64,000 nucleotides of DNA, taken from NCBI GenBank assembly GCA_024704765.1, contig JAKMXF010000166.1, positions 398,743 through 462,742 on the forward strand. Direction: 5' to 3'. Positions 23,492 to 37,209 of this stretch are shown here, in pieces. Under the pieces are notes generated by a model that did not search any database, was not told the origin of the DNA, and was given only the letters and a program-made list of their open reading frames with translations. Numbering within the stretch: the first letter of the stretch is position 1; each line of letters begins with the position of its first letter. The position numbers and the translations under genes were made by a program. The DNA is from Oopsacas minuta (taxonomy: Eukaryota > Animalia > Porifera).

Positions 23492-24094
23492 ATGAGAAAA
23501 CAGCATTACAGCTCAGTCAAGTTAATTAATGTAGGTGATATTTCTGTTGGTAAATCTGGCCTCAATAATACCTATGTTTACGGGGTCATGGATTATCCTC
23601 ATCATCATCGATTTGTTCCAATTTTTGTGAAGAAACTAATTACAATTGATGACATAACACTCAATCTAGATATTTGGGATACAGGCGGTCAAGAAAAGTT
23701 CAATGCATTCAATATATCTTATTATAGAACTAATGGAGTGATGTTAGTGTATGACATCACGAACAGAGATTCATTTGACAATTTGAGAGACAGCTGGTAC
23801 AAGGAGGTTCGTAGGTATTCAGAAAAGCACACTCAGTGTATTCTTGTAGGTAACAAATGTGATTTGGAAAGCAAAAGAGCTGTGGAGAGTTCTACAGGAA
23901 AGGAGTTTGCTGATAGTTTGAATATTCCATTCATTGAGACAAGTGCTAAAGAGAATATCAATGTAGAACAGGCGTTTGTATTATTAGCAGCTATGATAGT
24001 GAAGAAGTTACCTGAAGTAGAATCTGAGAGGAAGGACATCATCCTGTTAGATGGAGAGAGGAGGGAGACAAACAATTCTAGATGTTATTGTTAA
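23492..24094 (+). CDS. Atypical Rab1-like small GTPase (Rab-A)
   Basis: GDISVGKS, WDTGGQEKF, GNKCD, ETSAK, C-terminal RCYC prenylation-type motif; switch I Thr absent. Confidence 0.85.
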   Translation: MRKQHYSSVKLINVGDISVGKSGLNNTYVYGVMDYPHHHRFVPIFVKKLITIDDITLNLDIWDTGGQEKFNAFNISYYRTNGVMLVYDITNRDSFDNLRDSWYKEVRRYSEKHTQCILVGNKCDLESKRAVESSTGKEFADSLNIPFIETSAKENINVEQAFVLLAAMIVKKLPEVESERKDIILLDGERRETNNSRCYC

Positions 24095-24775
24095 AAGCTG
24101 TAAACACATATTTCCCAAGACCCTGTTGTTTCCAGCTGAAAATCTGGATAAAACACTTGATCACCATTAGTGAGAGCAGAAATATGCTATTGTCTGTGGC
24201 AAGTAGGAATTCTTGCTTACCGCAACAAAGTTATATTATTTTATTATGCATTGTGAAATTTCAGTGGGTATTTTCCAATATATTTCTATAAAGAAAATTA
24301 TCGAATTACTCTCTAATGGATGTCTCACACTAGTTAAAGGGGAAATTCTTCACTTCAATCCAAAAGGTGAAGTCAATACACAAGTACAACAGTAAGCGAA
24401 TTAAAATTAACTTATTCGATGAAAATATTTCTATTCATGCCATTATCGCTTCAAAATACACCAACCAACAACGAGGAGAAGCCAAGCATTAAACTCCCTA
24501 AAGAATGCCTGACATTAATCCAAGGGATAATATCTCTATAGAATTGATGGTTGTTTTTTTTTGAATCAATATTGGCACGGGTAGAAGGACTTTTGACGAA
24601 TTAGTTAATCAAATTGCGTTTACTGTTGTATTTGTGCATTTACTTCACTATTCGGATTGAGGTGAAGATTTTTCCCTTAGATCAATGCCAGACATGCCAT
24701 TAGGAAATAATTCAATATTGTTCATACTCAAATTATCTTTGAAATTAATTCGGTTAATATTTCACAATGCATTTA

Positions 24776-25283
24776 CAGCCAGCCCTCGCCGTTCGCTGTT
24801 TCGATTATTCGCGGGAATTATTTAGTGTCTCGTTTTACCATTCGCCATTATTCGCGGTTTTTGTTTTCGAGTTATTTTCGATCAAAATGATGTTTGGTAG
24901 AAAAATATTTTGTATGAAAGTATTATGGCGAAAATGTATTTTTTCTCGATAAACAGCCCAGTTACATTGGACAATATATCTAATTCAACATATCTCGTGT
25001 TTTTGTGGTATTTTAATCACGTGAAAACAGAACTTCTAGTATGAAAAATAAGCGAGTTCTAGCTTCTTATACTCACAAAAGTAATATTTTTAACTCAGTG
25101 AATACAATTACCTTTCAAAACTCATAATTCTAGCTCTATTATTCATTAGTATCACTTATTGTTTGTCGTTTTGTAATCTAGGAACCTCACTATTATCATT
25201 GAACTAAAGTCTTGCAGCTAGAGATTTTGCCATTCGCGACAATTCTCAGGAACGTACCCCCCGTGAACGGCGAGGGCTGCCTG
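24776..25283. mobile_element. Tc1/mariner (Tigger-like) MITE
   Basis: TA|CAGCCAGCCCTCGCCGTTCGC ... GTGAACGGCGAGGGCTGCCTG|TA; subterminal TTCGCG repeats. Confidence 0.85.
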
Positions 25284-25599
25284 TATTCCTAATTTGCCTG
25301 GCCCAAATTGGCATATTTCACTATTGTAAATATTCCTACTTGGCTGCGCTAAGTATGAATTCCTACTTTACTCAAATTCATACTTAGCGCGGAACACTAT
25401 CTATATAATTTGCTGTAAACAATGTTTTCGCTAGAATCAGAACTTCTTGATCTTCAAGAAAGCTGAAAACTATTTGTAACAGACATAATTTGGTAAAATT
25501 AGTGAAAACAGCTGTTAATTAACTCCTATTTAAATAAAGAAATATAATACGTACATGATTGTATTCCTACATGTAATAACCTAATCTCAATCTACTTTC

Positions 25600-27010
25600 A
25601 AAATAAAGATTCCTTAGGAAAAATGTTGGCTACATTTACAAAAGTAAATTTAACGAATAGTCCAAGAAACATAGTTTCAAACATTGATAAGTTACTTGAT
25701 TAATATCAGATAGGCCAGTACAGTGTATCATCAGAATCTCCTTTTGTAACACGAATGGGAACAGCTAGCTTTTTTGTATTATAGCAATTCCAATTAATTT
25801 CCCTGACATTAGTATAAACTTACACATAAAGGATCACTGACTGTAAGTTTCCTCCATGGTATGAATTAGTTTCTAACAGTTTCAATCCACTTCTATTGTA
25901 ATGTAGATAGATATGTATAAGAATCCTGGATTTCTGAAAATGAATCCATTCAGTTATTTGAATCTCCAAACGTGTAATTTCTGGATCCTATTATTCGCCC
26001 CATCCAATTTGTCCTGAATTAGAGTTGATAATCTGTTTTGAATGTACATGAATTTTCTCTCATGAAGGCTTTCCCTATTTCACGGAACGGAAACGGATAA
26101 AATTATCTTTTACCACACATTTTACCTTGAAAATCATAGCATATTGTAGGACATCTTTTGTCAAGCAGTTATCATAACATTTCACGTGGAAATCAATTCG
26201 TACCATTGTTACAGGATCAAGTAATACCGCCTAGAAACCTCTCAGCTCTTAATTTATATGTTTATTGCTTAGCTAAGAGTCACAACAAATACTTGGCAAC
26301 CGCTGTCCTACAATATTCTGTGATTTCAAGGACGAATGTATGGGAACCGACAGTTTTAATTTTCCTCAAGTACAACTTGTTCCTTTCGTTCCGGAGAATT
26401 GCTTATCAAAATGGTCACATCCGGTTTGTTCCCTTCTGTAAAATAGGGAAGCTCTCATGAAGATCCAACTCTCCTCTTCATCTCCTCTCTACATCCATGG
26501 TCCCAATAAGGACACTGTACTTCTGTAGAGGACACTCATCAGCTAGATGGACATGATTATCTCTCCTCTCCTTCTGTCACACATCCATTCGGGCAAGGAA
26601 CTGGAAAGTGCTCACAGTCCTCCAAATGAGGATTCAATTCACAGGCCTTCACCTTTCCCACATAATTCACAGACCAGTTCTCTCAAGGGACACGAGTCTC
26701 TCTGGTGTTCTGGAATCAGTCTCTTCTCCAGTATTACAACTTTCCCTTCCTCTCTCCTTCTAGAGAGACATACCCCAGAGGACACAGTACAGAAAAGAAC
26801 TCACATTCCTCCAAGTGGTGTAGTGCTGTACTTACCATGTTACTCCATTTACACCCTCTATTCTTGGGGACAACTAATCTACTAATAAATTACTTATCTG
26901 TAAATACAAACTAAAGGCAGTTGTAATTAAACCAAAGCATTTTCGTTAACGATTTCACGATTTATTTTTTAACTGCTTGCCATGATACACCCTCAAGAAC
27001 ATATATTCCA
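25600..27010 (-). pseudogene. TRAF-like pseudogene, copy 2, disrupted by a TIR element
   Basis: 26460-26950 aligns closely to copy 1 (20950-21480); MATH relic VPIRVTKGDSDDTLYWPI; 5' RING part missing; boundaries approximate. Confidence 0.8.
26068..26452. mobile_element. Mutator-like non-autonomous element inserted in TRAF copy 2
   Basis: TIR GCTT(T)CCCTATTT..; direct repeat TCTCATGAAG (10-11 bp) on both sides; the paralogous TRAF copy 1 has one uninterrupted site (TTTCATGAAG near 20950). Confidence 0.85.
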
Positions 27011-27119
27011 TATCCCAGACTGTCTAATTATCCCCGATTTTGTCGATATTTTCACGATTTTGCTTCAAAATTCCGATCCCGATTCCATTATTGTATCACT
27101 TCCTAAGTGATAGTATAAA

Positions 27120-27470
27120 TCTATATTATTAAATTGCTATTTTTGTTTGTCTGTCTGTTTGTTCGTTGTCAATCAAAGGATTTATGGTACGCTATTTTGA
27201 TTTGACTAAACATCTCGAATATGCTGAATCTGATTTTCACACTTTCGAATTAATCATATGTAAATTTATTGTTGCTTTATGAATATAAAGTAAACAAATA
27301 GTTGAAATCTCGAAATAAACCTAGAGACTTGCTCTCAACAGATATTCATGGATAATCAAGTATGCTGATTCCGAATTTCGCATTATCACGTTTCTCGCGT
27401 ATAATTATTGTTGTTTTATGAATATAAAGTAAACACATAGTTAAATCTCAAAATATACTACGTAGATGCT
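27120..27470 (+). mobile_element. Helitron-like non-autonomous fragment
   Basis: Starts TCTATATTATTAAAT with GTCTGTCTGTTTGTTCG; shares ATTTATTGTTG..TATGAATATAAAGTAAACA with 30886-31327 and 17695-17730. Confidence 0.55.
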
Positions 27471-27546
27471 TGGTCTTAACTGCTGGAGAATTCCATGACA
27501 TGTCAACCAGCCATTTCACCACTATCAACCAATTTGTCTGAATAAG

Positions 27547-27869
27547 GCAATAGAGCAAGCTACTAACATGTCTTTACTTCAGGAAATTTCAGAACAATCC
27601 GTCATGTGGTTTCTGATTTATGACGCCACGAATTTAGATTATTTTGCTGTTTTACCAAGGATTCTCAAAATGTTGAAATCACTACTTCACATTAAACTCG
27701 AATAACTTGAAAAATATTTTCTAAACTGCTTTGTCAATTTCAACATTTTGAGAATCCTTGGTAAAACAGCAAAATAATCTAAATTCGTGGCGTCATAAAT
27801 CAGAAACCACATGACGGATTGTTCTGAAATTTCCTGAAGTAAAGACATGTTAGTAGCTTGCTCTATTGC
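27547..27869. repeat. Inverted repeat: 133-bp arms, 57-bp spacer
   Basis: 27547-27679 is the reverse complement of 27737-27869 with no mismatch found; no convincing TSD. Confidence 0.92.
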
Positions 27870-28418
27870 AGCTTGCGAACACAGAGTGTTCTCAAGCTGC
27901 AGCGCGAGCAAGCGAAGTGGCTCGTAGAGTTAAGATAGGACGAGTTCGATTAGAGCGTGTTGCAGGAACTAACGAAATATTTTGCTTTGGCATTCGAGTA
28001 GCGTTCGCAAAACTCCATAACATAAAATGCATACCGCAGGAACTAGCAGAGATCCATGCGGAGCTCAGCTAGTTTATAATATTTTGTATTTCTCTAATAT
28101 GCAATAAACTATGCGGCAATTAATCTATTGGATAGTAGGAAGTATTGACATTTGAAAGAGGAGGCCTCAGTAAAATTTAGAGAAAAATACACTAATACCT
28201 GCCAATTCAGCATGAGGATTTGCATTTTTAATAGCTCGAAATATTTGTTATTAACAGGAATTTTACTGCTGTTGAGTTACATACATTAGAATTTAGCTTT
28301 GAGTCTAATATTACAAATTTATTGAGTAATTAAGTGACAGAATCTTATCGATTATATAAATCTGAATAATTGTAGCAATAATTATAATTACTTTTATTCA
28401 GTTTAGAATAATTTTACC

Positions 28419-29657
28419 ATGGCTAGTATTGAGGCTATTGTAGAAGATCGTTTCCTTTCACTTGTAAATAGTGCACGTAGTGAAATAAGGAATAAGTTCA
28501 AGAGAACTCACGAGGTGTTACGAGCGAGAGAAGCTGCTCTCTTAGATAAATTTGAAGATGAGTACATGGGAGTTAGTATCGCTGAGTACAACCAACAGTT
28601 ATCAATATCTAAAGATGGACTAAAAGATGCTCTGAAAGGGAATGAGAACAAAGAATTTCTTGATCAGAACTTGGATATGATTGATGCACGTATCGATGAA
28701 TTAGAAAACAGGGCCCTAACAGCTAAACACAGCTGCAAGAATGTAGTATTGGAGTGGGATGTTGAGTTAGAGAAGAAACTGAGCGTAACAGGTGACATAC
28801 ATCTGAATTCTATGAAAGATATACGAGACTACAAGAAGCTAGGAGAACCTGTAGCAACATTTGGGAAACATAGAAATACACCTGAATCTTCACCTGGTGT
28901 ATTTTATTATCCTAGCGGTATTGCGAATAATCCAGTGAATACTTTTATGTATATTTGTGATACATGCAATAATCGTGTACAAGTTTTTAACAAATCTTCT
29001 GAGTTTTGTATTTCAATTCAGAGAGCAGATGAATTTTCCTTTTGGAATTTGTATCAATCAGAATCAGTTCTATGTCACTCAGTATGGTTCAAATAGTCTC
29101 ACTGTATATTCTACGGAAGGGAAATATCTGCAATCTGTTGGAGGGAAATGGAAGAATGAATTGGAATTTGATAAACCAAGAGGAGTTGATTATTCAACTG
29201 AAATGAATAGAATATATATTGCTGAAAAGGGAAATGACAGAGTTCATTGTTTGAATTCAGATCTCACATTCCATTCATTTATTGACAATATTTTGGGTGC
29301 TAGAAATGTAAAACTAACATCTAAAGAAATTATTGTGTTGTGTGACCGTAATCCTTGTGTCTCTATCTTCTCATATTCTCATCAGCTGATTAGAGAAATT
29401 ATTCCACGTGGTAAAGGGTATAGGTTGGTTAATCGTCCGTCTCAATCTGTTCTTGATGAGGATTTCAATTTTCTTATTTCTGATTACAATTCTAACTGTA
29501 TTTGTGTCTGTTCTTATGAGAGAGAATTTATCCACAAATTTGGTAAAGAAGCAGGAGAGAGAGGAAATTTTATACATCCGCAAGCATTACTATCTGCCCT
29601 GAAGGAAGAATTATCATTACTTCTGATGATCCCACCCATTGTATACGGATATTCTGA
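28419..29657 (+). pseudogene. Coiled-coil + NHL-repeat pseudogene
   Basis: MASIEA.. coiled coil, then NHL repeats; +1 frameshift near 29005 and a missing G near 29587 (restored end QGITICPEGRIIITSDDPTHCIRIF*). Confidence 0.85.
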
Positions 29658-30885
29658 TCTCAATATACGCGTACTCATATTTCTCTACATTATTTTTTAC
29701 CAAATTCTACTAGTAATACTCTAGAATTTTTATATATTATTTCCCCATTGTATACTGTACTAAACTTCCCTTGTTCTGCCTTTCCTCTGCATTAACTTAG
29801 GTATTATTATATTTCACATCTGGTTCTCGTCGTTACGGTTAACAGCTAACAGTATTTCTAGCATCCCTGAAATTATTATATCCCATAATCGTTTAGTGTA
29901 GCTCTCTACCTCCAGGTTAAGTACTGATCTAAAATCACGTATAGCTGTAGAGCAGGAGCTTCCAACCTTTTCAAACAAGGGCCACAAAAAGCTAGCTTGG
30001 GAAACAAACAGTATAACCGGATCACTTAAAAATCCTCGCTGCCTGGCCTGTTTTGTCTTGTATTTTCTGTATTTATTGTATTTCCCACCTGATCACATAT
30101 GGCAGGACGCCACTTCAGCGGCAACCTGGGCCGCTGCAAAATTTCCAGTGTAGTCGGGGCGTAGCTCCTAAACAACAAGCAATAATTCCTACAACATTAA
30201 TTACCTTTCTATTGTCAAGTAGGTTTGAACCTTGAAATAATTTCTCATAACTGTGTAATACACATTTGGTTTGGAGTATTTTTCGAATGACTTTGTGCTT
30301 TGCGTATATAAATAAGATGGATAAATGTCCTCGGGGTTATATTCGAAAAACAATACTTAGGTACATAGATCAATATCAGATACCCCGTTGATATTTGGGT
30401 GAGATTGTATATAGATGAGGGTAAGATGCGAGCGAAGCAAGCCGAAATTTTGCAGTTTTAAATTTGTGCCAAAGGGGAAATGCCCGGGGAACGATATTTT
30501 TTGCCAGGGGGCGGAATTGCCCCCTGATGCGCCCTCCTTGAATGTGTCATGTATTTACTTAGTAAGTAATAATTATGTGATATTGCTCAAACTTGATCTA
30601 TTTTTTATGTCAAGTAGACGGTAGACTAGACGTCACTACGAATATATATGGCAAATTTGGTGGCTTAATCTCTAAAGGTGTCAACAGTAGAGTGAATATA
30701 TTAGACTGAAACAAATGGTATTGTACGTATATACAGAGCATTAAAGGAACGCGCTCCTATTTAATTGCAAACAATTTACAAATTTCATCGTTATTCACAA
30801 ATTATTAAATGGTTTGACTTTGCACATTTTAGCAATTACCCGAATGTCAATGGTTAAATTCAATCCTGATTACTTAAAATACAAA

Positions 30886-31327
30886 TCTATATTATTAAAT
30901 CTCAATGATTCTCTGTCTGTTTGTTCGTTTATTTGTCCGTTGTCAAGGAAAGGATTTATGGTATGCAATTTTGAAATTGTCACAAACTATGTATTTATCG
31001 TGTTTATCAAGGGAGTAAATAGAATTCAACAAAACTTCACTAAATATATCGAACATGCTAAATCCGATTTTCACACTTTTGGGTTAATCATATGGAAATT
31101 TATTGTTGTTTTTATGAATATAAAGTAAACAAATTTCAAAATTGCGGTAGAATCATGCTTTCTACCACTATGCTGGTACACTCGAGTATGCTGAGTCTGA
31201 ATATTGTGAACAAACATCAATATTATTTAATCTCAATTGTTGTTTTGTCTGTTTGTTTGTCCGTTGAATACCTCGAGGCGCAATGCGCCGAGGTCATCGC
31301 GAAGCGACGAGCCAAAGGCTCGTCTAA
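30886..31327 (+). mobile_element. Complete non-autonomous Helitron-like element
   Basis: A|TCTATATTATTAAAT start; 3' hairpin GACGAGCC-AAA-GGCTCGTC followed by CTAA|T; related pieces at 17930-17956, 27120 and ~31700-31780 (reverse). Confidence 0.7.
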
Positions 31328-31834
31328 TGTAAATCTGAAAGAATGAAAAGGAGCGCGATTGGAGAGCGGTCCATTTTCCTGGAGCGGAGTGCGCTCTTTT
31401 TCTGACTAAGGAGCGGTTGTGGGAGCGATTACCCGGATATCCCTTTAACCGATGTAAATCTTTCCGATAGGCCTTAAAAAAATCCTGGGAAGAACCCTGT
31501 CAGTCGGCACAGTGAAATAACAATAAATTTACATATTTGTGATTAATTCTATGAAAAAATAGTATTCCAGAATATATAATTATTCAAGTTTTATAGGACT
31601 GTACTTACTTCTGGATAAATATATTATATTACATACTAGTTCTGAAACATCTCGGAATGCAAAATTCAATATTAAAATAGCATACTAAGAATTCTTTCCT
31701 TGACAATGAACCAACAGACATACCCAGACTGACAACAGTTAAGATTTAATAATATAGACTTATTACATAGCAAGTTACCCGTTTTATTACTGAGCCAATA
31801 AATGTATAGTACGCACGATAAAAACGAATTTAAA

Positions 31835-34800
31835 TTAGTTATGGTTATTCTTGTAAGCAAGAATTGAGTCATCTTTTGAGGCTGGCCTTATGAGATTTAG
31901 TTTAAGAGGCTTGCAAGGCTCATTTGATTTCTGTAAAGTTGATTTGGAATCCCCAACACTAGTTGTAACAGGTGATTTTGCCTGAGAAGATTTTGTTCGC
32001 GTGAATACTCTGGGTATCCTTGCTTGGGGTATTCTAAATGTGACAAGGAAAAAATGAATGATCCCAATTGGTGTAGTAGAAAAGACATAGACCCATAGGA
32101 ATATTGTGGAAACATGTACGTTGTCAGGGTAAAACCTCGAGAATGCAAGAGGTAGAGACATAATGAAAGGCAAACTTAAAGTTGGAACCAAAACAATTGC
32201 GCCCAAAGCTAACTTTCTCAACCTTATCAATTCTGATTCCATTTCATATTTCCTTTTCAGACCTATTCGTATTTTGATGAGTACTAAGATTAATATTATG
32301 ATATTTACGAAGAGGACAACGAAAATCGGTACAAGGAATGTCCAGATTAAATTAGCTCGAGTGCTTATAAAGCAAGAATCTCCACATTCGTTATCAGTCC
32401 TGTCATACTCAATTTGTGAATCCAGGTACCCAAGACCAACAAACTTGCCATAAATTATCCATACACATGCCCAAGTGAATGAAACAGACCAACAAATGGG
32501 GATCAGAAAAGGGGATAACTTCCTGGGTGTTTTGAGTCCTACAATCCAGATAGAATATATAAGAAGTATCGCTATCCCGAGAGAAGATAGAAACACGTTT
32601 ATCCATAAGAAATGTAACATGAATGCCACTATAGTGCAGACAGCTGGGTGTTCTGCAAAAGCTTCTGCACCAAAAATAAATAGAAAGATGGCTAGTAAGA
32701 TACTCAAAGTATGATTGAAGTGCAATACGTTGATGTCTAAACGAAAGAACCTTTTTCCTGAAAAGATGAAAATGAAAAGTGAAGTAAGTAGAAATATCAA
32801 AGAAATTGAGAGAAAAGTATAGCTTGTTATCTGTAAAAGTAAATTTGAAATTTCGCTGATTTGTAATTCGCATTGTGTTGCTGTTGAAACCAACAATGCA
32901 AATGTCGTTAGATGAGCTGTAATGCATTCTACACTTCCATTACCGTCCCTCTTGATTAACGTGGTGATGCCTTCAGTAGACCAAGTACTAGAAATATATT
33001 CTCAATGAATGTGCTAACTAACAAATACAATTAATATTCAGTTGCTGCTAGGGTTATTATAATTTACTTTTGTAAGTATTCTTTGGGGGCAATTTTGAAG
33101 AGATTCTATTATAAAACATACCCGTCCTTTGTTAGAAAAACGCACTGAACTCTTGATTTTTCCTAAACATATATACAAAATATTAATACATGTATATTTA
33201 TAATTATATACATGATAGAGCCAACTTACAAAAACTAATAGCTTTTGTGCTTCATCTGTAAAACTGTATTCAATAGTCAAATTCCCAATTAACTGGCTGT
33301 TTGCTTGGATTGTAATTAAATCACTTACGATACTATCCAAAAATCGGAGTAAATACAAACTGAAAGATAGAACTCAACAAATATTGATCTTTTACTCACC
33401 TAACAGAATTATTTGCTAATTCATTCTTTTCATTATATATTTCACTGAGGATAATCAATGTAGTATCCGTAGCTATAAATCATAAATGATATACAAGAAT
33501 AAGAGACTATCGTACAGTTCATAATGTAGGCTAAAATGCTAAACTATTGTGAATTCAGTGTGAGTTTTTCAGGAAATTTCGGGCTATCCCTTGATCTATT
33601 GATTTGAAATTCATGAAATTATCGAGATTACCTTTAAACGATTTGAGATTCGTTTGTATTGTATTATTACCAACAGAGACACCTGTATTAGACTCAGCTT
33701 CCAATCTAACTATCACTAGCACTAGAAGATTTAATGAATTGCTAGAATCAATTGATTCAAAGTTTGGACATACGCCTTATCGCTGGGAATTTAGAAAACT
33801 TGTATCGACTAATTTACTTCAAATTTAATTTATAGTTGAAATCGTATATTTTATCCATTTGATTGCGCTTCCAAACACTACAAAATAACCTATTATGATA
33901 TATTATGATAAATACTGATAGACAAGATTATTTTTGATAGCTAATATGTGTCAAATGATAATAAAAACGAAGGCTAAATATTATCTGCTATTTTTAGTGC
34001 GTGTGTTAATCCAGTATTTTGAAAAATCACTAATATATACTCAAGGACAAAATAAGTCGATCGAAAATTACAGATGAATAAGATTATAAAGTTTTATAAT
34101 TTCTATATTTATATTACCAATGCTTTCTGCGAGAACCTCCAATGTTACTCCAGGTGATACGTTGAGACGAGTAAGTAAATTTTCCAGGATATCTTCTCTC
34201 TTTAGTAGGAATGCGACCTAATTTAATTGTTGTCACGTAAGTATTAATAATAGATAAATATTTACAAACTGTTTCAGTGTGCCTACTATATTATGTATTC
34301 ATTGGCCCTGTATTGACTTACTGTCTGATGTTAGATATTGAAATTCTCAAAACTTACTTCGCTGTTGCTTACTGTTGAAATTGACAATAGTTCCTACGAG
34401 AAACACATAAATTAATATTATCAAAATAATATTCAGACATATACAAGCAGGGTACGCTTGCTTGCGCTCCCTGACCTACGAATATATTGCAAACAAGTGT
34501 ATACAAGATTCTTACTTCTAGCTCCATGCAGAGAGATGAATTAGTGGATAGAACATAACAGTTTACTGTCTCTATAGAAAGTATTTGTACAGTATTATCT
34601 AGTGCAGACAATATTGTAGAAATATATATTACAGCTAACATACCATTCATAATAATAGTGATTGTTGGATCTTTTGTAGGTGTTGGTGTTGTAGTAATAA
34701 TAGTAGTAGTAGTAGTTGTTGTTGTTGTTTTTGTTGGAAATACCCCTACACCTAAATGAGATGACAAATTGCATTGTGAATAGTTATATGTTTAGGTTTA

Positions 34801-37125
34801 TATAAATTACAGAAACTAGTTTTATCTAGGTTTATGAAGAATAAGTATAGTGAATATTTGTTTATGTCATGTAGACTAACCAGTCAAGCAGATGTAGTTG
34901 ACTAATCCGTTACAGTTTGCCGAAGCTGTAACTTGCATTTCACCATTAGAATCAATAATTCTACAATCTCTGTCACTTGGATAATTCGGGTCTAGACGTG
35001 TAGTATATAAGTTAAAGTATCCCACTTGTGGTACAAATCTGTCATACAGTTCAGGATTCTGTATTACCAGATCACTTCCGGAACCAAATCGATTCCGTAG
35101 TTCAATATTCGCTGCAATATTACTAAATTTATACAGAGTTCCATTATAGTTGTTACATGTTAGAGTTGCTACATCAATACTTAGGGTAACTTTCATAATT
35201 CTAGTATAGCATATACCATCATATACAAGAGTATCAGCTGGTGTATCATTACACATCTGTATTGGAGCTTCTAACGTTAGAGGACCTACGAATATATTCT
35301 ATAAATATTTCCAGTAAGTGTTGATTTAATGCTTTAATTTCTTAAGAACTAGCGCGCTTCGCTTGCTACTCCCCGAATGGCGGAAGTAACACATTCCGAC
35401 CATAAACCTTTACAATACATTTTGATTGTACGAAACCAGTACCACAGATGGCTTCTGCAAGATTGGAAAGATGGTCTCTCATCTTAGGTGGTTTCAACTA
35501 CAGGATAGTATACAAGGAAAGGATATTAGGCATGCGAATGGCCTAAGCCGACTTCCGTTATGTGAATTGCCTAGCCATGTCCCTGTTCCTGGTGAGACGA
35601 TAATGTTGATGGAGCTTTTTACCTATGAATGCGAATCAGATCAAGCTGTGGACTGATTATGACCACATACTATTATACGTTCGTCAAACCTTGCTATATA
35701 CAAGATGGTATTTTGGAAGCGAAGAATGTATCCCTTTCTAACGCAGGAGTAGTGAATTAACTTTACAGAGTGGATGCATCCTTTGGGGTCGTGGCGGTCC
35801 CAGGAGGGGGGCACACGGGGCATTGGCCCCAAATTTGAAATTCTTGGCTCCGGCCGGGCCCTGGTTTCGCTAGCTCCTCGATCCTAAGACCACTACTGCC
35901 CATTATATAATAAGATTTTGTCACGGGTTTGAAATCTTGGCCCCGGCCTATGCAAAATCCTGGGACCGCCACTGCTTTGGGGTAGTAGGGATGTGATGCC
36001 TTAATTAAGGTTACTACAGTTCTTCACTAAATATATAACCCGTAAATTGGACTCAGCTTGTACTATTAGTTCTGAGTATCAGATAATATCAGCATTAGTC
36101 TCTATGGATATTTCAAGTCACCGATTTAATTAGGTTAACTCACCAATCATACAAATTACTCGCCTGCCACCATTTCCCGACTCAAATCCCCATCTATCTT
36201 CCAAACCTTGCCCAATAACTCCATATTCGTTCCTAACATTAATAGGTGGGGCATCGTTTCCTAATGGAAAGTCTCCAATTCTCCAAAAATAATTACTAGA
36301 ATTTGTCCTCAATCCAAATTGACAAATATGCGTACCAATAATCCCAGTAATAGCGTTGAACACATAAATGTTAGGTAATTCTACTGAGTATGCGTTTTGT
36401 GATTCACAGTATCCTACTGAACCAGCTGAAGTAGCAACTCGGTTGAACAACTTGTAACAAATCCCATTTCTGACTCTCCAACCTTCACACACATCTAAAA
36501 ATAGCATTTATTAGGTGGTTTTGGTCGACACATTTCTATGCCTGGTTACCTATGGTAACCAATGGAATTTATTTCTAGAATTAGTAGGTTCATAATGACA
36601 CTATAAAACAAGTGGAATATAATGTAAACATCAAAAATTGAAGAAACTAAAACCAAAATGTGAATTTTTGAAGGAATAATGCCAGAATTATCACATCTAC
36701 AGTAATAGACTTACCTTTCTCACAAATGTAAGATAATTCAGCGGAACAATTGCTTGAAACCCAATCTCTACTGTTGTCGCGGACACTAACACAATTATTT
36801 CCACCCAAAGGATGATTATCCCTCCAATTCTCATAGTCTAAACTGGTTCCATCACTCCATTGGAACACTGAGGTGCTATTCTCTCTACTCAATCCAATCC
36901 AGTAACGAATTGATGTCGATGATGAATTTCCTTGGATAATCCTATCTATCTCAATGCTGATTCCCTCATTAAATATTTTAGCTAACCTTCCTCCATTATC
37001 TGTACACTGAGTATTAGCATCATCCCAGGTGTAATTCTGCCCTGTATACACTTCATAGCACATTCCACCAGTATCATCTTCATTAGTTAGCACTTTATTA
37101 TCACATACAGTAGTATACCCTTGAC
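31835..37125 (-). CDS. Multi-exon adhesion GPCR: three C-type lectin-like domains, Thr-rich stalk, GAIN/GPS, 7TM (partial model)
   Basis: Exons with GT-AG ends: 36715-37125, 36144-36494, 34881-35285 (CTLDs), 34644-34751 (poly-Thr), 34118-34217, and 31835-32987 (WSTEG..ECITAHLTTFALL GPS plus secretin-type 7TM). Signal-peptide exon and exons in 33000-33900 not resolved. Confidence 0.75.
35430..35630 (+). mobile_element. Ty3/Gypsy pol relic (RNase H end/linker) inside a GPCR intron
   Basis: QGKDIRHANGLSRLPLCELPSHVPVPGETIMLME resembles the Gypsy GK.N..ADALSRLP..VP.PGE motif. Confidence 0.7.
35789..35974. mobile_element. hAT-like MITE in the same intron
   Basis: GTGGCGGTCCCAGGA ... TCCTGGGACCGCCACTG; 8-bp TSD CTTTGGGG at 35781-35788 and 35975-35982. 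Confidence 0.8.
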
Positions 37126-37209
37126 CTAAATTATATTATAGATTAAATATACTCCAACATGAATAGACTCCAATAATTCAGAGCTAGTGCTAATATGATA
37201 TATCAACAT

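Noticed and set aside
23833-24075. Conserved 80-aa antisense ORFs at all three Rab loci (also 39888-40130, 50272-50514)
   Set aside because: Shadow frames of the near-identical Rab 3' halves; their conservation is not independent evidence
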